Origin: Planctomycetota bacterium
Lineage (GTDB): Bacteria; Planctomycetota; Phycisphaerae; UBA1845
Direction of reading: 5' to 3'
DNA length: 64,000 nt
Assembly: GCA_024276605.1 (NCBI GenBank)
Contig: JAJRWX010000050.1
Location: forward strand, 5,695 to 69,694
Shown here: positions 28,712 through 39,162 of the stretch, piece by piece
Numbering within the stretch: the stretch's first letter is position 1
Layout: each line of letters begins with the position of its first letter
Notes under the pieces: model-generated
Databases searched by the model: none
Told to the model about the DNA's origin: nothing
The model's input: only the letters and a program-made list of their open reading frames with translations
Position numbers and translations under genes: made by a program

Positions 28712-29815
28712 ATGCCACCCACTGTCATGCGTATGGCATTCACATGCTTGGTTATCACTGCTATGGCGTCACCTGTGATGGCACAAACAGATGCATCGCG
28801 ACATGCTCATAAGGTGCTGCGTAGTACCCTCGCATCGCAACAACTCGACTTTACCATGTATCCAAGTGAACATTTCGTCTTGGCTACGGATGCTGACAAA
28901 ACGATCGCGAACTCGACGCTGCACGAACTGGAAGCTACATACCAACATATTCAGCGTTGGGCTGATTCGCTTGAATTATCCATTGATACGGCTCACGAAG
29001 CCTGGCCTGTTATCTATTTCATGCACCAACTTGATTATGAGCGAAATAGTTATCACGTCGGCACGGCGGCAACACAAGAATTTGGGTTCTACTTGCCATC
29101 GCAACACTTAGCTATTTTTCTCGATATCACCAACCATACACAAATGCGCAACGCCGATGAACGCATCGCTCAACTACAAGCCTCTATTCGTACGCTTGCC
29201 GAGTTATCCACCGATGACAACGAGGCCCAGCGACGAAAGATGCGCGAGCAATTGGATGCGCTTTTAACTAACAAGAGTCATATTCATCAGCGCTTCCAGC
29301 AACTCGTCGTTCGCCATGAAGCGGCCCATATGATCCTTAACGGCCTGGGGATTCTAAATCCAAATACAACCAACCCTGACTGGCTGACCGAAGGGATTGC
29401 TTGCCTCTTTGAAACCCAATCTCCCAACAACGATCGTCCCAACTCAAACCCCATGCGCTTAGCGGATTTACAACGTGCCTTGTCGCAACCGCCCGACAGC
29501 GTACCTCACCAACGCCAAGCGATTGTCCCGCTTGCCACCTTTGTAGATGAAACAACTTTCTCCACACGATCAACCCATGAAACGGCATGGCGTTATGCGC
29601 AGGCCTGGGCTTTGGTACAATATATGCAAGCGAATCATCCAACACTATTTACCTCTTTTCTTACCTGCCAGGCTAGGACCACCATTTTGCCTAAAAGTCA
29701 AAAGGTGTCGCCGTGTTTCAAAACGACCTTTTTGACCAACGACAGCCAATTTGAGTCACAGTGGGACAATTGGCTTTCCTCCCTAAAGCTCGACCACGCC
29801 CAGGGACGACGATAA
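28712..29815 (+). CDS. Secreted hypothetical protein with an HExxH motif (DUF1570-like putative metallopeptidase)
   Basis: Signal peptide MRMAFTCLVITAMASPVMAQ. HEAAH motif in VVRHEAAHMILNG. The ORF-track N-terminus (28622) lies inside the repeat, so the start is moved to 28712. Confidence 0.5.
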   Translation: MPPTVMRMAFTCLVITAMASPVMAQTDASRHAHKVLRSTLASQQLDFTMYPSEHFVLATDADKTIANSTLHELEATYQHIQRWADSLELSIDTAHEAWPVIYFMHQLDYERNSYHVGTAATQEFGFYLPSQHLAIFLDITNHTQMRNADERIAQLQASIRTLAELSTDDNEAQRRKMREQLDALLTNKSHIHQRFQQLVVRHEAAHMILNGLGILNPNTTNPDWLTEGIACLFETQSPNNDRPNSNPMRLADLQRALSQPPDSVPHQRQAIVPLATFVDETTFSTRSTHETAWRYAQAWALVQYMQANHPTLFTSFLTCQARTTILPKSQKVSPCFKTTFLTNDSQFESQWDNWLSSLKLDHAQGRR

Positions 29816-29886
29816 AGTACGCAGCGTTGATCTTCGACAGGATCAACGACGTTTGAATTGAGTTTGTCGAGGCGCGGCGCGTAACT

Positions 29887-31227
29887 ATGGAAATTATCAT
29901 CGCGGGCACCGGCGAGGTGGGGGGGCATGCCGCAGACGTGCTATCTAAGGCCGGGCATAACGTCACGGTCATAGACCTTAACCAAGAACGACTTCAACTA
30001 CTCAACAATTCTCTCGACCTGAGTACGTTAACCGGACATTGCGCGCATTACAGCGTACTCGAAGAAGCAGGCGTAGGCGATTGCGATTTGTTCATTGCGG
30101 CTACGCAGTCTGATGAAGTCAACATGCTTTCTTCGTTTCTGGCTAAAGCAGCTGGGGCCAAGAAAACGATCTCGCGCGTTCATCACACCGCCAACTTCTC
30201 GTTAAGCAAAACAGCCATCGCTGCCAAGCTCGGGATCGACGACCTCATCTGCCCGGAGCACGCCACCGCGATGGCTATCGCTCGACAGTTACGCAATCCC
30301 GGCACTATTGCCTTAGAAGAGTTTGGTAAAGGGAAAATCTTCATGCAGCGATTCCCGGTATCCAAAGGTGCGCAAGCGATTGGAAAAAACCTAGCTGACG
30401 TCGAGCTACCGCACAATACGCGCCTGGCTATCGCAGAATGTGGGGATGAAGTATCGCTGGCCACCGCGCAAACGCGCGTGGCCGAAGGGGATGTCGTCAC
30501 GCTCATCGGCGAGGTAAAGACTTTTGACACAGCACGAAAATTATTCAACAAAGACAAAGAAAAGCGAATGACGGTAGCCATTATGGGGCAATCCTCAACG
30601 GCGGTTTGGTTGGGGCGCGCACTCAAGAGCCGATTGTTTTCCGTCCGTGTTTTCGTCGATGAATACGAACGCGCCGAACAACTTGCTGAAAAATTACCCC
30701 ACGCGACAATCATCGAATCCGACCCCACCGACACAGCCGTGTTCGCGGAAGAACATCTCGAAGCCCTTGATACATTCATCGCGGTCACCGAAGATGACGA
30801 GCACAACATTTTAGGTTGCGCACAAGCCAAAACACTCGGCGTGGGCAAGAGCATTGCCGTCGTCCAACGTACCAAATACTTACATTTGTTTGAGCACGTG
30901 GGTATCGATCATGCCTTTAGCCCGCGACAAGTTGCCGTCAACGCTATCGAACATCTCATCGATGTCGGACCGGTTCGATCCGTCGCTAAGTTCGAGGGTG
31001 GCGTCGCCGAAGTCTACGAAGTTAGACCATCCCCCAAAGCGGCTATCCTGGGGCGCGAGTTGCGCACGCTCGAACTGCCTTCACAATCGATGATCGCGGC
31101 GATTCGTCGCGGTGACCGGGTCTACGTACCGGGTGCGGAGGACCAAATTGCTCCCGGCGATACCGTACTGATCATCGGTCCGTATGGCATTAACGAGAAA
31201 CTTCTCAAACTGTTCACAACATCATGA
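29887..31227 (+). CDS. trkA: Trk potassium uptake system NAD-binding subunit TrkA
   Basis: Two TrkA-N plus TrkA-C units (MEIIIAGTGEVGGH..., VAIMGQSSTAVWLG...). The gene overlaps trkH. Confidence 0.9.
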   Translation: MEIIIAGTGEVGGHAADVLSKAGHNVTVIDLNQERLQLLNNSLDLSTLTGHCAHYSVLEEAGVGDCDLFIAATQSDEVNMLSSFLAKAAGAKKTISRVHHTANFSLSKTAIAAKLGIDDLICPEHATAMAIARQLRNPGTIALEEFGKGKIFMQRFPVSKGAQAIGKNLADVELPHNTRLAIAECGDEVSLATAQTRVAEGDVVTLIGEVKTFDTARKLFNKDKEKRMTVAIMGQSSTAVWLGRALKSRLFSVRVFVDEYERAEQLAEKLPHATIIESDPTDTAVFAEEHLEALDTFIAVTEDDEHNILGCAQAKTLGVGKSIAVVQRTKYLHLFEHVGIDHAFSPRQVAVNAIEHLIDVGPVRSVAKFEGGVAEVYEVRPSPKAAILGRELRTLELPSQSMIAAIRRGDRVYVPGAEDQIAPGDTVLIIGPYGINEKLLKLFTTS

Positions 31228-32771
31228 CCATCGATTTCCGCGTCATCGCCAGACAGCTAGGCCTGCTTCTATTCGTACTTAGTGCGATCGTCTTGGGCAT
31301 GGCGGGCTTTGCGATTGTAGAGCAGGGTATTAGCGCTCTATGGCGTAGTCCCGATGCCCACGCCATGCTGCTCACCGCCGTTGTCGGCTCGGTGATCGCG
31401 ACGGCGCTTGTATGCATGGGAAAACGAACCACATCCATCCTGGGTTTTCGTGAAGCGTTACTACTGGTCGCCCTGAGTTGGATCATTGGTGGATTCATCG
31501 CCGCACTACCTTTTAGATTTTGGGCAGCACTGCGACCGGACGCCGGCATGATCGCCCACGATTTCGACACCCTGGTCAATTGCTACTTCGAGTCCGTCAG
31601 TGGGCTAACCACCACCGGATCCACCATTGTTCAAGCCATCGGCACGCTACCGCGAAGCATCCTGCTTTGGCGCTCACTCATACAATGGCTCGGTGGACTT
31701 GGTATCGTTGTTTTGTTTGTCGCCGTGCTACCCATGCTCGGCGTAGGCGGTCGCCGCATCTACCGCATTGAAGCGCCCGGCCCTACACCCGACGGCGTTC
31801 GGCCACGCATCGCCGAAGCCGCTCGCGCACTCTGGTACATCTATCTAGGCCTGACCGTGGCTGAGATCATCGCACTTCGCATCGCAGGTATGGGCTGGTT
31901 CGATGCCACTTGTCATACACTCACGACCCTCGCCACCGGCGGTTTTAGTACGCAAGATGCCAGTGCCGCCGGTTTTTCATCGCCGGCTATTCAATACATC
32001 CTCATGTTCTTCATGTTGTTAGCCGGGATTAATTTTGGCTTATACCATTTCGTCCTGCGCGGTGAATGGCGCAAAGCCATTAAAGACCATGAACTTCGTT
32101 GCTACCTCGCATTAGTGGCGATCGCTACGGTTATCATCACGGTTTCGGTTTTCCGAAACAGTTCGCTCCCACCATCCGACGAAGGTCAACCCGCAGGCAT
32201 CACCCAGGCATTTCAACATAGTCTTTTCCAAGTGCTGGCCATACAGACTACGACGGGTTTTTGTAGCGCCGACTTCGACACCTGGACTTTTGTGCCCAAG
32301 GCGATTTTATGCGTGCTCATGTTCGTCGGCGGATGTGCCGGCTCTACCGGTGGCGGTATCAAAGTTATCCGCATTATGATCGTTGCCAAGGTGATGATGG
32401 CGGAAATCGAACATGTCTACCGGCCTAAAGTCGTACGAACGGTTAAAATCGGCCAAACCACTATCGACGCAGATCTCAAGCGCAGTATCTTGGTGTACGT
32501 GCTTGGGATTCTATTACTCTTCGCGCTGGGTACGGGCGGACTGATGTTTTTCGACGCCCATAACGGGATAGATATTACCACCGCAGCCACCGCCTCCGCC
32601 TCCACACTCAACAACATCGGCCCCGGCTTAGCCCGCGTCGGCGCGACGCAAAACTATGCATGGTTTTCAGCACCAAGTAAAATTGTTATGTGTATGCTTA
32701 TGATTTTGGGGCGACTTGAAATGTTTACCATCATCGTGCTATTTACGCCGCGATACTGGCGCGGAGAATAG
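31224..32771 (+). CDS. trkH: Trk potassium uptake transporter membrane subunit TrkH
   Basis: Polytopic membrane protein with TrkH signatures (SGLTTTGST, TLATGGFS, QTTTGF, GGCAGSTGGGIKV). Confidence 0.9.
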   Translation: MTIDFRVIARQLGLLLFVLSAIVLGMAGFAIVEQGISALWRSPDAHAMLLTAVVGSVIATALVCMGKRTTSILGFREALLLVALSWIIGGFIAALPFRFWAALRPDAGMIAHDFDTLVNCYFESVSGLTTTGSTIVQAIGTLPRSILLWRSLIQWLGGLGIVVLFVAVLPMLGVGGRRIYRIEAPGPTPDGVRPRIAEAARALWYIYLGLTVAEIIALRIAGMGWFDATCHTLTTLATGGFSTQDASAAGFSSPAIQYILMFFMLLAGINFGLYHFVLRGEWRKAIKDHELRCYLALVAIATVIITVSVFRNSSLPPSDEGQPAGITQAFQHSLFQVLAIQTTTGFCSADFDTWTFVPKAILCVLMFVGGCAGSTGGGIKVIRIMIVAKVMMAEIEHVYRPKVVRTVKIGQTTIDADLKRSILVYVLGILLLFALGTGGLMFFDAHNGIDITTAATASASTLNNIGPGLARVGATQNYAWFSAPSKIVMCMLMILGRLEMFTIIVLFTPRYWRGE

Positions 32772-32841
32772 CTAAAAAGTCAGATGTTGGTGTCCGACAA
32801 AAGCGACCGATTGTCTGATGATTTTCTAAACCAAGTAGGAG

Positions 32842-33207
32842 ATGTTCGTGGGACTTTCCAACCTTCGACGATTCGACGTTCAGGCTCGATACGCCGCCAT
32901 GATGTCCATCGCATCCGTCATACCTCTCATGGCTGCGATCTATCTGATCTGGCGTAACTACAACCATCAACTTGGACAAATCGTATACGGGGCTAAAGGC
33001 ACCTACATTGTGATGCTTCTAGCCTGTGTAGGTGCCTCATCGCTGCCAGGTCTCATCGGTTTTGTGCTGGGCTGGAGCAGTTCCGGTCAACGCCGCAACG
33101 ACCAACCCACAAAATCCTGGATCGGCTTCATACTCGGTGCGGGGGTACTGACAGCCAACTTCATTATTTTATTGGCCTTCTGGATGCTCAGACTCAAACA
33201 AGGATAA
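32842..33207 (+). CDS. Small hypothetical membrane protein (3-4 TM helices)
   Basis: The ORF contains hydrophobic helices. Start is ambiguous: ATG 32842 or GTG 32848. Confidence 0.4.
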   Translation: MFVGLSNLRRFDVQARYAAMMSIASVIPLMAAIYLIWRNYNHQLGQIVYGAKGTYIVMLLACVGASSLPGLIGFVLGWSSSGQRRNDQPTKSWIGFILGAGVLTANFIILLAFWMLRLKQG

Positions 33208-33286
33208 TGATGCTTCTATCGCGACCATCCATAGATATAAGAAACATACTTTTTTCCTTCGACTTAAGCCATAAGGAGCGTTTCAA

Positions 33287-34402
33287 ATGAACCGAACGAT
33301 CTTGTCTAGAATGCTGGCCATACCTACGGCCCCGTTCGCTGAACATCGCGTGATCGACTACATCAAAACGTTTAGCCAACGTCGACCCGGCGTAAGTTTC
33401 AAACAAGATCAAGTTGGCAATCTGCTCATCCATATCCGTCGTCGAAACAGAAAAGTAGCCAGACCGGTTTGCATCACCGCCCATCTGGATCACCCGGGCT
33501 TCGTGGTTGAAAAAATGATCTCAAAAACGCGCCTACGCGCTCACTGGCGCGGCGGTGTTCCCCAACCATATTTCGCCGGCAGTAAAGTAAGATTATTCGA
33601 CGGCGACCGCATCATCAAAGGTAAAGTCCGCGCCACGACTTCCGTCACATATAGCGGCAAAAAACGTGTGGACTCAGCCACGATAGACGTGCCCGAAAGC
33701 GTTTCCCCCGGGTCGATTGGCATGTGGGATTTTCCCGACGTTACCTTTCGAGGTTCGAAAATCTATGCCCGTGATTGCGACGACATCGCCGGCGCCTCAG
33801 CGATGCTGTGCGCCATAGATCAATTGTCGAAACAAAACCAGACCTGCGATGCCTACTTCCTCTTCACACGTGCAGAAGAGGTTGGCTTTGTCGGGGCTAT
33901 CGCTGCATGTCGGTTAGGCACCATCCCCAAAAAATGTTTCGTCGTTGCCATGGAGACCAGCTCACAATTGCCCAACGCCCGCATGGGTGATGGCCCTATC
34001 CTGCGCGTGGGCGATCGAACCAGTGCCTTTACGCCGGCTGCGACTTCGCATTGTTATCGTATCGCTAGAGAATTAGCCCGCGACGATTCTTCGTTTCAAT
34101 ACCAACGCAAACTCATGGACGGGGGAACCTGCGAATCCTCCGCATATTGCTCATTAGGATATGAAGCCACCGGACTCTGCGTCGCGCTGGGGAATTACCA
34201 TAACATCAACGCCAAGCGCGGCACGCTAGGCCCGGAGTATATTGACCTCCGTGATTTTGACAGCGTCGTCAAATGGTTCGTCTCATTAGCCCAAGCACCG
34301 TTTCCCTACACCGGCGCCGACCAACAACTCGCATCGCAAATTAAAGACCTTGAAAAGACCTACAAAAAACTATTGCGCGCTTCCATCAAAAAACCTTGCT
34401 GA
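33287..34402 (+). CDS. M42-family (FrvX/glutamyl aminopeptidase-like) metallopeptidase
   Basis: ITAHLDHPGFVV, ARDCDDIAGASAM and FTRAEEVGFVGA resemble the M42 metal-ligand motifs HMDEIG, DDRxG and QEEVGxRGA. Confidence 0.6.
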   Translation: MNRTILSRMLAIPTAPFAEHRVIDYIKTFSQRRPGVSFKQDQVGNLLIHIRRRNRKVARPVCITAHLDHPGFVVEKMISKTRLRAHWRGGVPQPYFAGSKVRLFDGDRIIKGKVRATTSVTYSGKKRVDSATIDVPESVSPGSIGMWDFPDVTFRGSKIYARDCDDIAGASAMLCAIDQLSKQNQTCDAYFLFTRAEEVGFVGAIAACRLGTIPKKCFVVAMETSSQLPNARMGDGPILRVGDRTSAFTPAATSHCYRIARELARDDSSFQYQRKLMDGGTCESSAYCSLGYEATGLCVALGNYHNINAKRGTLGPEYIDLRDFDSVVKWFVSLAQAPFPYTGADQQLASQIKDLEKTYKKLLRASIKKPC

Positions 34403-34533
34403 GAATCCATCGCAACTGACCGAGACGCGCCCGTGAGGAAGTGGTTTCTGCGCGATTAACATTGGCCGCTTCCTGACGGGCGCAGTTCGGATAGAGGGGC
34501 CGTTTCTTCACAGGCGCGGTTCGGGTTAGCCCG

Positions 34534-35652
34534 TCAACCCGCCATGGCTGCGTCCACGATGTCGTTCCCCGCACGCACGCCACGGGCCATATTCTCACTC
34601 AACTGAGCTATTTGACTTGCATAGCGCCGCACGGAAAAACATTCGTACGCATGACCCCGTGCCACTTCGCGCCCCTTCAACTGTGACGTGCGATCGATTA
34701 AACACCGCGCCAACGGAATAGCAATTGACTTATAAGGCACGGGCTTAACCAACAAGCCATTTAATTTATTGGCTATTAATTCCGCATGAGCACGGGTGGC
34801 TGTCGCAATCACAGCCGTATTCGCCGCCATGGCCCAGGCCAGCGCCGTCGTATCTGAGTCATCACGATCCGGCGCCAGGTATATATCTGCTATGCAAATC
34901 ATTTGTTCAATGGACGTCTGACGTGGTGGCACCATCAAGTCATCTTGCCGGTGCAACATGGCCTGCATCTGTTTCCCATGCATCGATTGTGGTGAAACAC
35001 CGTGAACACACAACCGCATCGACTCCATTTGGTAACTAGCCAGGTTTATGGCCAACGCCGATTCAAACGGACTACCCGCACGTATCGACTCATCACCAAC
35101 GACCACCAACAAATTATCCCGCGACAACCCCATCGCCGCCCGCGTGCCACCTTTTTGCCATTGGTGTATCTGAGAAAAATCGACCCCCACGCGAATGACC
35201 ACACACAACTCCGGTTGTATTCCGCCTTCGATCAAATGGCGCCGTACGGTCTCCGTCGAACAAGCCACCGCAAAACGCTTTAACCTAGCCAAGGTACGCA
35301 TCCATCTTAACTGCGAAGCCGTCATCGCCGGGTCAGACACATGTAACACCAACGGTACCTCCGTCGCTATCGGTGCCTTCGCTGATAGTCCTGCACGTAA
35401 ACCCCAAGCATGAATCACATCAATACGATACTCACTGACCATGCGACGCATCAACGGCATGGTAAGCAGCCCCGCCAACGGCATGCGCGGTAGTGGAATC
35501 ATTTTCGCCGTTAATTTTTGATCTATCAAACCGGAAGGTGAGGCGATATATTGTTGATAACGATCCACTTCCCAACGATCAACAAGCTGTCGCAAGGCGA
35601 TAAGCCCCTGCCAACCTACGCTATCATCCAAGACATGCAGCACGCGCATCAT
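34534..35652 (-). CDS. GT-B fold glycosyltransferase (family 1/4-like)
   Basis: The N-terminus MRVLHVLDD and overall length are typical of GT4 enzymes. The C-terminal half carries an LAWAMAANTAVIAT-type segment. Confidence 0.5.
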   Translation of the reverse strand: MMRVLHVLDDSVGWQGLIALRQLVDRWEVDRYQQYIASPSGLIDQKLTAKMIPLPRMPLAGLLTMPLMRRMVSEYRIDVIHAWGLRAGLSAKAPIATEVPLVLHVSDPAMTASQLRWMRTLARLKRFAVACSTETVRRHLIEGGIQPELCVVIRVGVDFSQIHQWQKGGTRAAMGLSRDNLLVVVGDESIRAGSPFESALAINLASYQMESMRLCVHGVSPQSMHGKQMQAMLHRQDDLMVPPRQTSIEQMICIADIYLAPDRDDSDTTALAWAMAANTAVIATATRAHAELIANKLNGLLVKPVPYKSIAIPLARCLIDRTSQLKGREVARGHAYECFSVRRYASQIAQLSENMARGVRAGNDIVDAAMAG

Positions 35653-36326
35653 GAGGGACCGTCGAATTCGTCAGCTTCATAATCATAAAACAATTTAGCA
35701 ATCCGATCCGTCAACAAAGCCGACAGCTCTTTGCTAATCGCATCCTTAGTGCGCAATCGAGCTACATCACTGCCCGACAATCGCGCACTCACCACATGAC
35801 CGGACGGACTGGTCGGCCAAACGCGTACCCGTGACCGCTTCTCACCGTGGGCATCAATCACCTTGACCGTCACCATGATATAAGCCGCATTATTGGCATC
35901 GTGAATGTCTTCCTGCGCAAGAAAATCTTTAATCTCTACCCAAAGCACCTGAGAAGCCCCGGCTAATTGTCCTATTTCTCGACAACCGCGCTTGGCAAAA
36001 TCCAGATGCGTGCGGCGGAGATTCTCTATCGTAGCCCGAGCCACGACCCTTTTAGCTGCTTCGTGTTTAACCAACGCCTGACTTAAATCATCCGTAATAT
36101 ATTTCCACGCCGGCGGCCAATCCATCGCCTGCCCCGGGTCATCTACCAATACCAGGATTGGCTCATCAGCTAACCTGAACTGCGCTTCAATCGTCGCAGC
36201 CTGCCCCACACCCATCATGTACAGAAGCTGCCCGCCGGAAAATCCGCATCCCGCCAAAATCGGCAAAGCCATACAAAACACGCAACCAACGACATAACGT
36301 CTGATATCACGTGAATCATTAAACAT
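35649..36326 (-). CDS. Hypothetical lipoprotein (paralogue-like of the 36514 gene product)
   Basis: The start is moved to MFNDSRD (36326). Lipobox ILAGCG. The C-terminus DRIAKLFYDYE parallels DRVARKFYEH of the upstream gene. The ORF-track N-terminal extension runs through a perfect hairpin. Confidence 0.5.
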   Translation of the reverse strand: MFNDSRDIRRYVVGCVFCMALPILAGCGFSGGQLLYMMGVGQAATIEAQFRLADEPILVLVDDPGQAMDWPPAWKYITDDLSQALVKHEAAKRVVARATIENLRRTHLDFAKRGCREIGQLAGASQVLWVEIKDFLAQEDIHDANNAAYIMVTVKVIDAHGEKRSRVRVWPTSPSGHVVSARLSGSDVARLRTKDAISKELSALLTDRIAKLFYDYEADEFDGPS

Positions 36327-36358
36327 GGTTACTAGTGCTTTGTCACAGCTAAGAATTC

Positions 36359-36425
36359 GGGTGGCATGGGTAAGTCCCGATGTATCCCGACGTAAAGTCG
36401 GGATACATCGGGACTTACCCGTGTA
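36359..36425. repeat. GGGTGGCATG box followed by a perfect 24-bp-stem hairpin
   Basis: GGGTAAGTCCCGATGTATCCCGAC (36368-36391), loop GTAAA, then GTCGGGATACATCGGGACTTACCC (36397-36420). It lies between two co-oriented lipoprotein genes. Confidence 0.85.
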
Positions 36426-36513
36426 GTTCCGGAGGCCGACACGGGCAAAAAAAACGTTGCCCATACCACCCTCGATGACTCCGAAAAATAAGCGGTGACA
36501 CAGCACAAGCACG

Positions 36514-37152
36514 TTACATATCCAACGTGTGCTCATAAAATTTTCTCGCTACACGATCGGCGAACATTCGATAGACAGCCTCACGAACCATGGGAGAGTT
36601 CGTCGCACTAAAAAGTACCGGCGCTGTTTCCGGGTAGGTGCAATCCACCTCGGTCAATTCATAGCGATCTACTGCATCTACACCCGCACGCAGATCGTAT
36701 ACCGTCACCGAGGCACGAATGCGGCCTCGTAAAAATTGTGCCTGCATGGGATCGCGTATCTGAAAATCCAAAATCTCCAGAAAAATCACATAGTCCGCGT
36801 TCACATGCTTACCCACAACTTTCGGATCAACTTGCGCGCTCAAATTGCGCTGCACGAAATCCTCTATATCGCGCGAATCCACAACCTCCACATCCAAGTT
36901 GCGCTGACCCGTCTGCGAACCCAGCTTCTCCGAAACATACGTCGCTAACTCAAACCGCGCAAAGGGATAATCAAACAAGGTCGCGGGGTCCGTCCAAACA
37001 TGAACAGCTACACGATGACCAGCTAACTTATCAAACTCCGGCGCGATCATCTTCTTATGCTCACCTATGAAGATAAGGGGTGTGAGTAAATTACACCCAC
37101 CCACCGCCGCCAGCGTAGCCATACCCACCCACGTCCATAATGCGTGCTTCAT
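36514..37152 (-). CDS. Hypothetical lipoprotein
   Basis: MKHALWTWVGMATLAAVGGCN provides a signal peptide and lipobox. Start is uncertain (37152, 37170 or 37218). Confidence 0.5.
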   Translation of the reverse strand: MKHALWTWVGMATLAAVGGCNLLTPLIFIGEHKKMIAPEFDKLAGHRVAVHVWTDPATLFDYPFARFELATYVSEKLGSQTGQRNLDVEVVDSRDIEDFVQRNLSAQVDPKVVGKHVNADYVIFLEILDFQIRDPMQAQFLRGRIRASVTVYDLRAGVDAVDRYELTEVDCTYPETAPVLFSATNSPMVREAVYRMFADRVARKFYEHTLDM

Positions 37153-37319
37153 CGTTTGCCCGCGCTCCATTATACGATCTTCGAACGTATCTAACTCTAC
37201 TGAACCTAACAGCAGCATACACCACTTCCCCCCAAAACACGAGACATCGCTAATGCCTCGTCGTGCATCATGGGACCGATCTTACGATCCGCAACCATCT
37301 GGGACTGACAAATCCGGGT

Positions 37320-37770
37320 AGGGCAGATCGTTCTTTCGCTAATGCAATAAGCATTTGCGAAAGGTTGACCTGCCTGAAATCATCAAGCTTCGGACTTCTG
37401 CACCATCAAGCGCACGTCGGCATGAGGTTTAGGTTAGACGTAGGTCAGCGCCGGGTGGCCCATCTCCTTTGGAGGTGGGAGAGACGATGATTGCGGGTTA
37501 CATCACATCATGCACAGGGTGCCCCATCCATTGGGTACTCCCAAAGGGTGGGGGACGGATCATGTGTCGAAAGGTACCACAAGTGTCACTGTCATTGCAC
37601 GGACTATCCTTCCCCCACCCTTTGCCAGTAGGCAAAAGATGGGGCACCCGCTTGTCCGCAGGCTGGCGCCGTGCGGCTCTGATTTGACATTCCACCGGTT
37701 GCAAGTATCTATGGCTACAGGCAGGTCAACCTTTCGCCAATTTTGGATTGGCGAAAGAACGACCCGCCCT
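37320..37770. repeat. Mosaic of hairpin repeats: family 3 inverted (37320-37374), family 4 (about 37457-37490), family 1 (37519-37651), family 3 (37655-37770)
   Basis: Each block has near-identical counterparts at 19166-19445, 28378-28711 and 38356-38960. Family 3 forms GGCAGGTCAACCTTTCGC...GCGAAAGAACGACCYGCC. Confidence 0.7.
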
Positions 37771-37797
37771 AAAGTTATCCCACATCACGAGTGTTGA

Positions 37798-38310
37798 TTA
37801 ACGCAACAGCACCATCGCGACGACTTTGTATCCCCATCCCGCCAGCACGAGCGCTACGCACACCAACCCCAATTGAAATGGCGACACACGAAACCAGTTG
37901 ATCCGCCACATCCGCCCGGTCAGCGCCGCCGTCATCGCAACGACGCCCACCACAAACACCATCAAAGCCGCAAGTAACCCGGTTGGCTGAGCATAAAACG
38001 CTAGGATCACCTCACCCCGCACCGCATGAGAAAAAGCCGTCGTCATCCCACAGGTCGGACAAGGATACCCCGTCATCATGACCAAACTACACGGGGCTAA
38101 GCCAAGCTGACGATGCGTCCCCAATCCGCGTGCATCCGGACTCAAAGTCCACGCGACGGCAAGCAGACCAAAGCAGATTAGCCCCAAAACCAACGCCCAT
38201 AATCGGGTATATGACGTAGCTTTATGCTCAAGACGCATCATCACCGGCCCAAGCGGATGCCCACGCGTGGCTTGATGTTCGCTAGAGGTTGACTGATCCA
38301 TGTGTGGCAT
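37798..38310 (-). CDS. DUF2752-like membrane protein
   Basis: GYPCPTCGMTTAF motif with four hydrophobic helices. Confidence 0.6.
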   Translation of the reverse strand: MPHMDQSTSSEHQATRGHPLGPVMMRLEHKATSYTRLWALVLGLICFGLLAVAWTLSPDARGLGTHRQLGLAPCSLVMMTGYPCPTCGMTTAFSHAVRGEVILAFYAQPTGLLAALMVFVVGVVAMTAALTGRMWRINWFRVSPFQLGLVCVALVLAGWGYKVVAMVLLR

Positions 38311-38355
38311 GAGTTGACCAATACATTATGCAACGTTCACGGTAATGCCGCATGG

Positions 38356-38960
38356 GTGCCCCATTCTTCGGGTACTCCCGAAGGGTGGGGGACGGATCTT
38401 GTGTCAAAAGACGTCTCACATGTCACTGTAATGGCACTTCTCATCCTTCCCCCATCCTTTGCCAGTAGGCAAAGGATGGGCACCCGCAGCTGTAGAGCAG
38501 GTCGTTCTCTCGCCCCAAAGCGAAAGGTTGATCTGCTTTTATTATAACACATCGATCTTTCTTTGGGGTGCGATGTCCGGTCGTGCGACGGACTTGGTGG
38601 TCAATCTCGTTTTGAGGTGGGGGAGACCAAATCCGAGCGGCGAGCGCGAGCGACCCGTGTCTTTAACACGCCATACACACCGCAATCGCCTAGAACATTC
38701 ACAGCGTGGGTGATCATCCGAAGACACTAGGCGTTGGCGACTCAGGTGCTCATTCGGTTACGAACCAAGAGTCGACGTGCGGAGGTCCGCAGGCTGGCGC
38801 CGTGCGGCTCTGATTCGGTATTCCCGTTGGTTGCGCGTGCCGATGGTTACGGCAGGTCAACCTTTCGCAAATTGGCATTGGCGAAAGAACGACCTGCCCT
38901 ACCGACTTGGCACTTGCTGCATATCATCGTCTTCCCCATGTCCAAAAGGAAGGATATGGG
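38356..38960. repeat. Mosaic of hairpin repeats: family 1 (38356-38487), family 3 inverted (38497-38536), family 4 (about 38598-38628), family 2 (38619-38757), family 3 (38786-38900), family 4 inverted (38925-38957)
   Basis: Blocks were aligned by eye to the other loci. The ORFs called here on both strands (PHPSGVPEEWG, PILCLLAKDGG) are mirror translations of the hairpins. Confidence 0.7.
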
Positions 38961-39162
38961 CCACTCACCGAGTTAGCGAGGCAGGAAAATCATTTTCAGC
39001 TATGTGATTGCCAACCACGCACAAGGTACTATACTCCACCCTGTTTGACATTTGGGCGTGCGGTGCCTGAGCTTGTCAAGCTAGCTTGTCAAACTGGTAC
39101 GGATATTGCTCGCTGTTTTTTGAGTATATTACATTCTCCATACTACGTGGAAGGAGTCGGCT

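Noticed and set aside
37320-38960. Possible CRISPR array, because of the many short repeated palindromic units.
   Set aside because: The repeats belong to several different families. They occur in both orientations with irregular spacing and have no unique spacers of constant length. No cas genes lie nearby.
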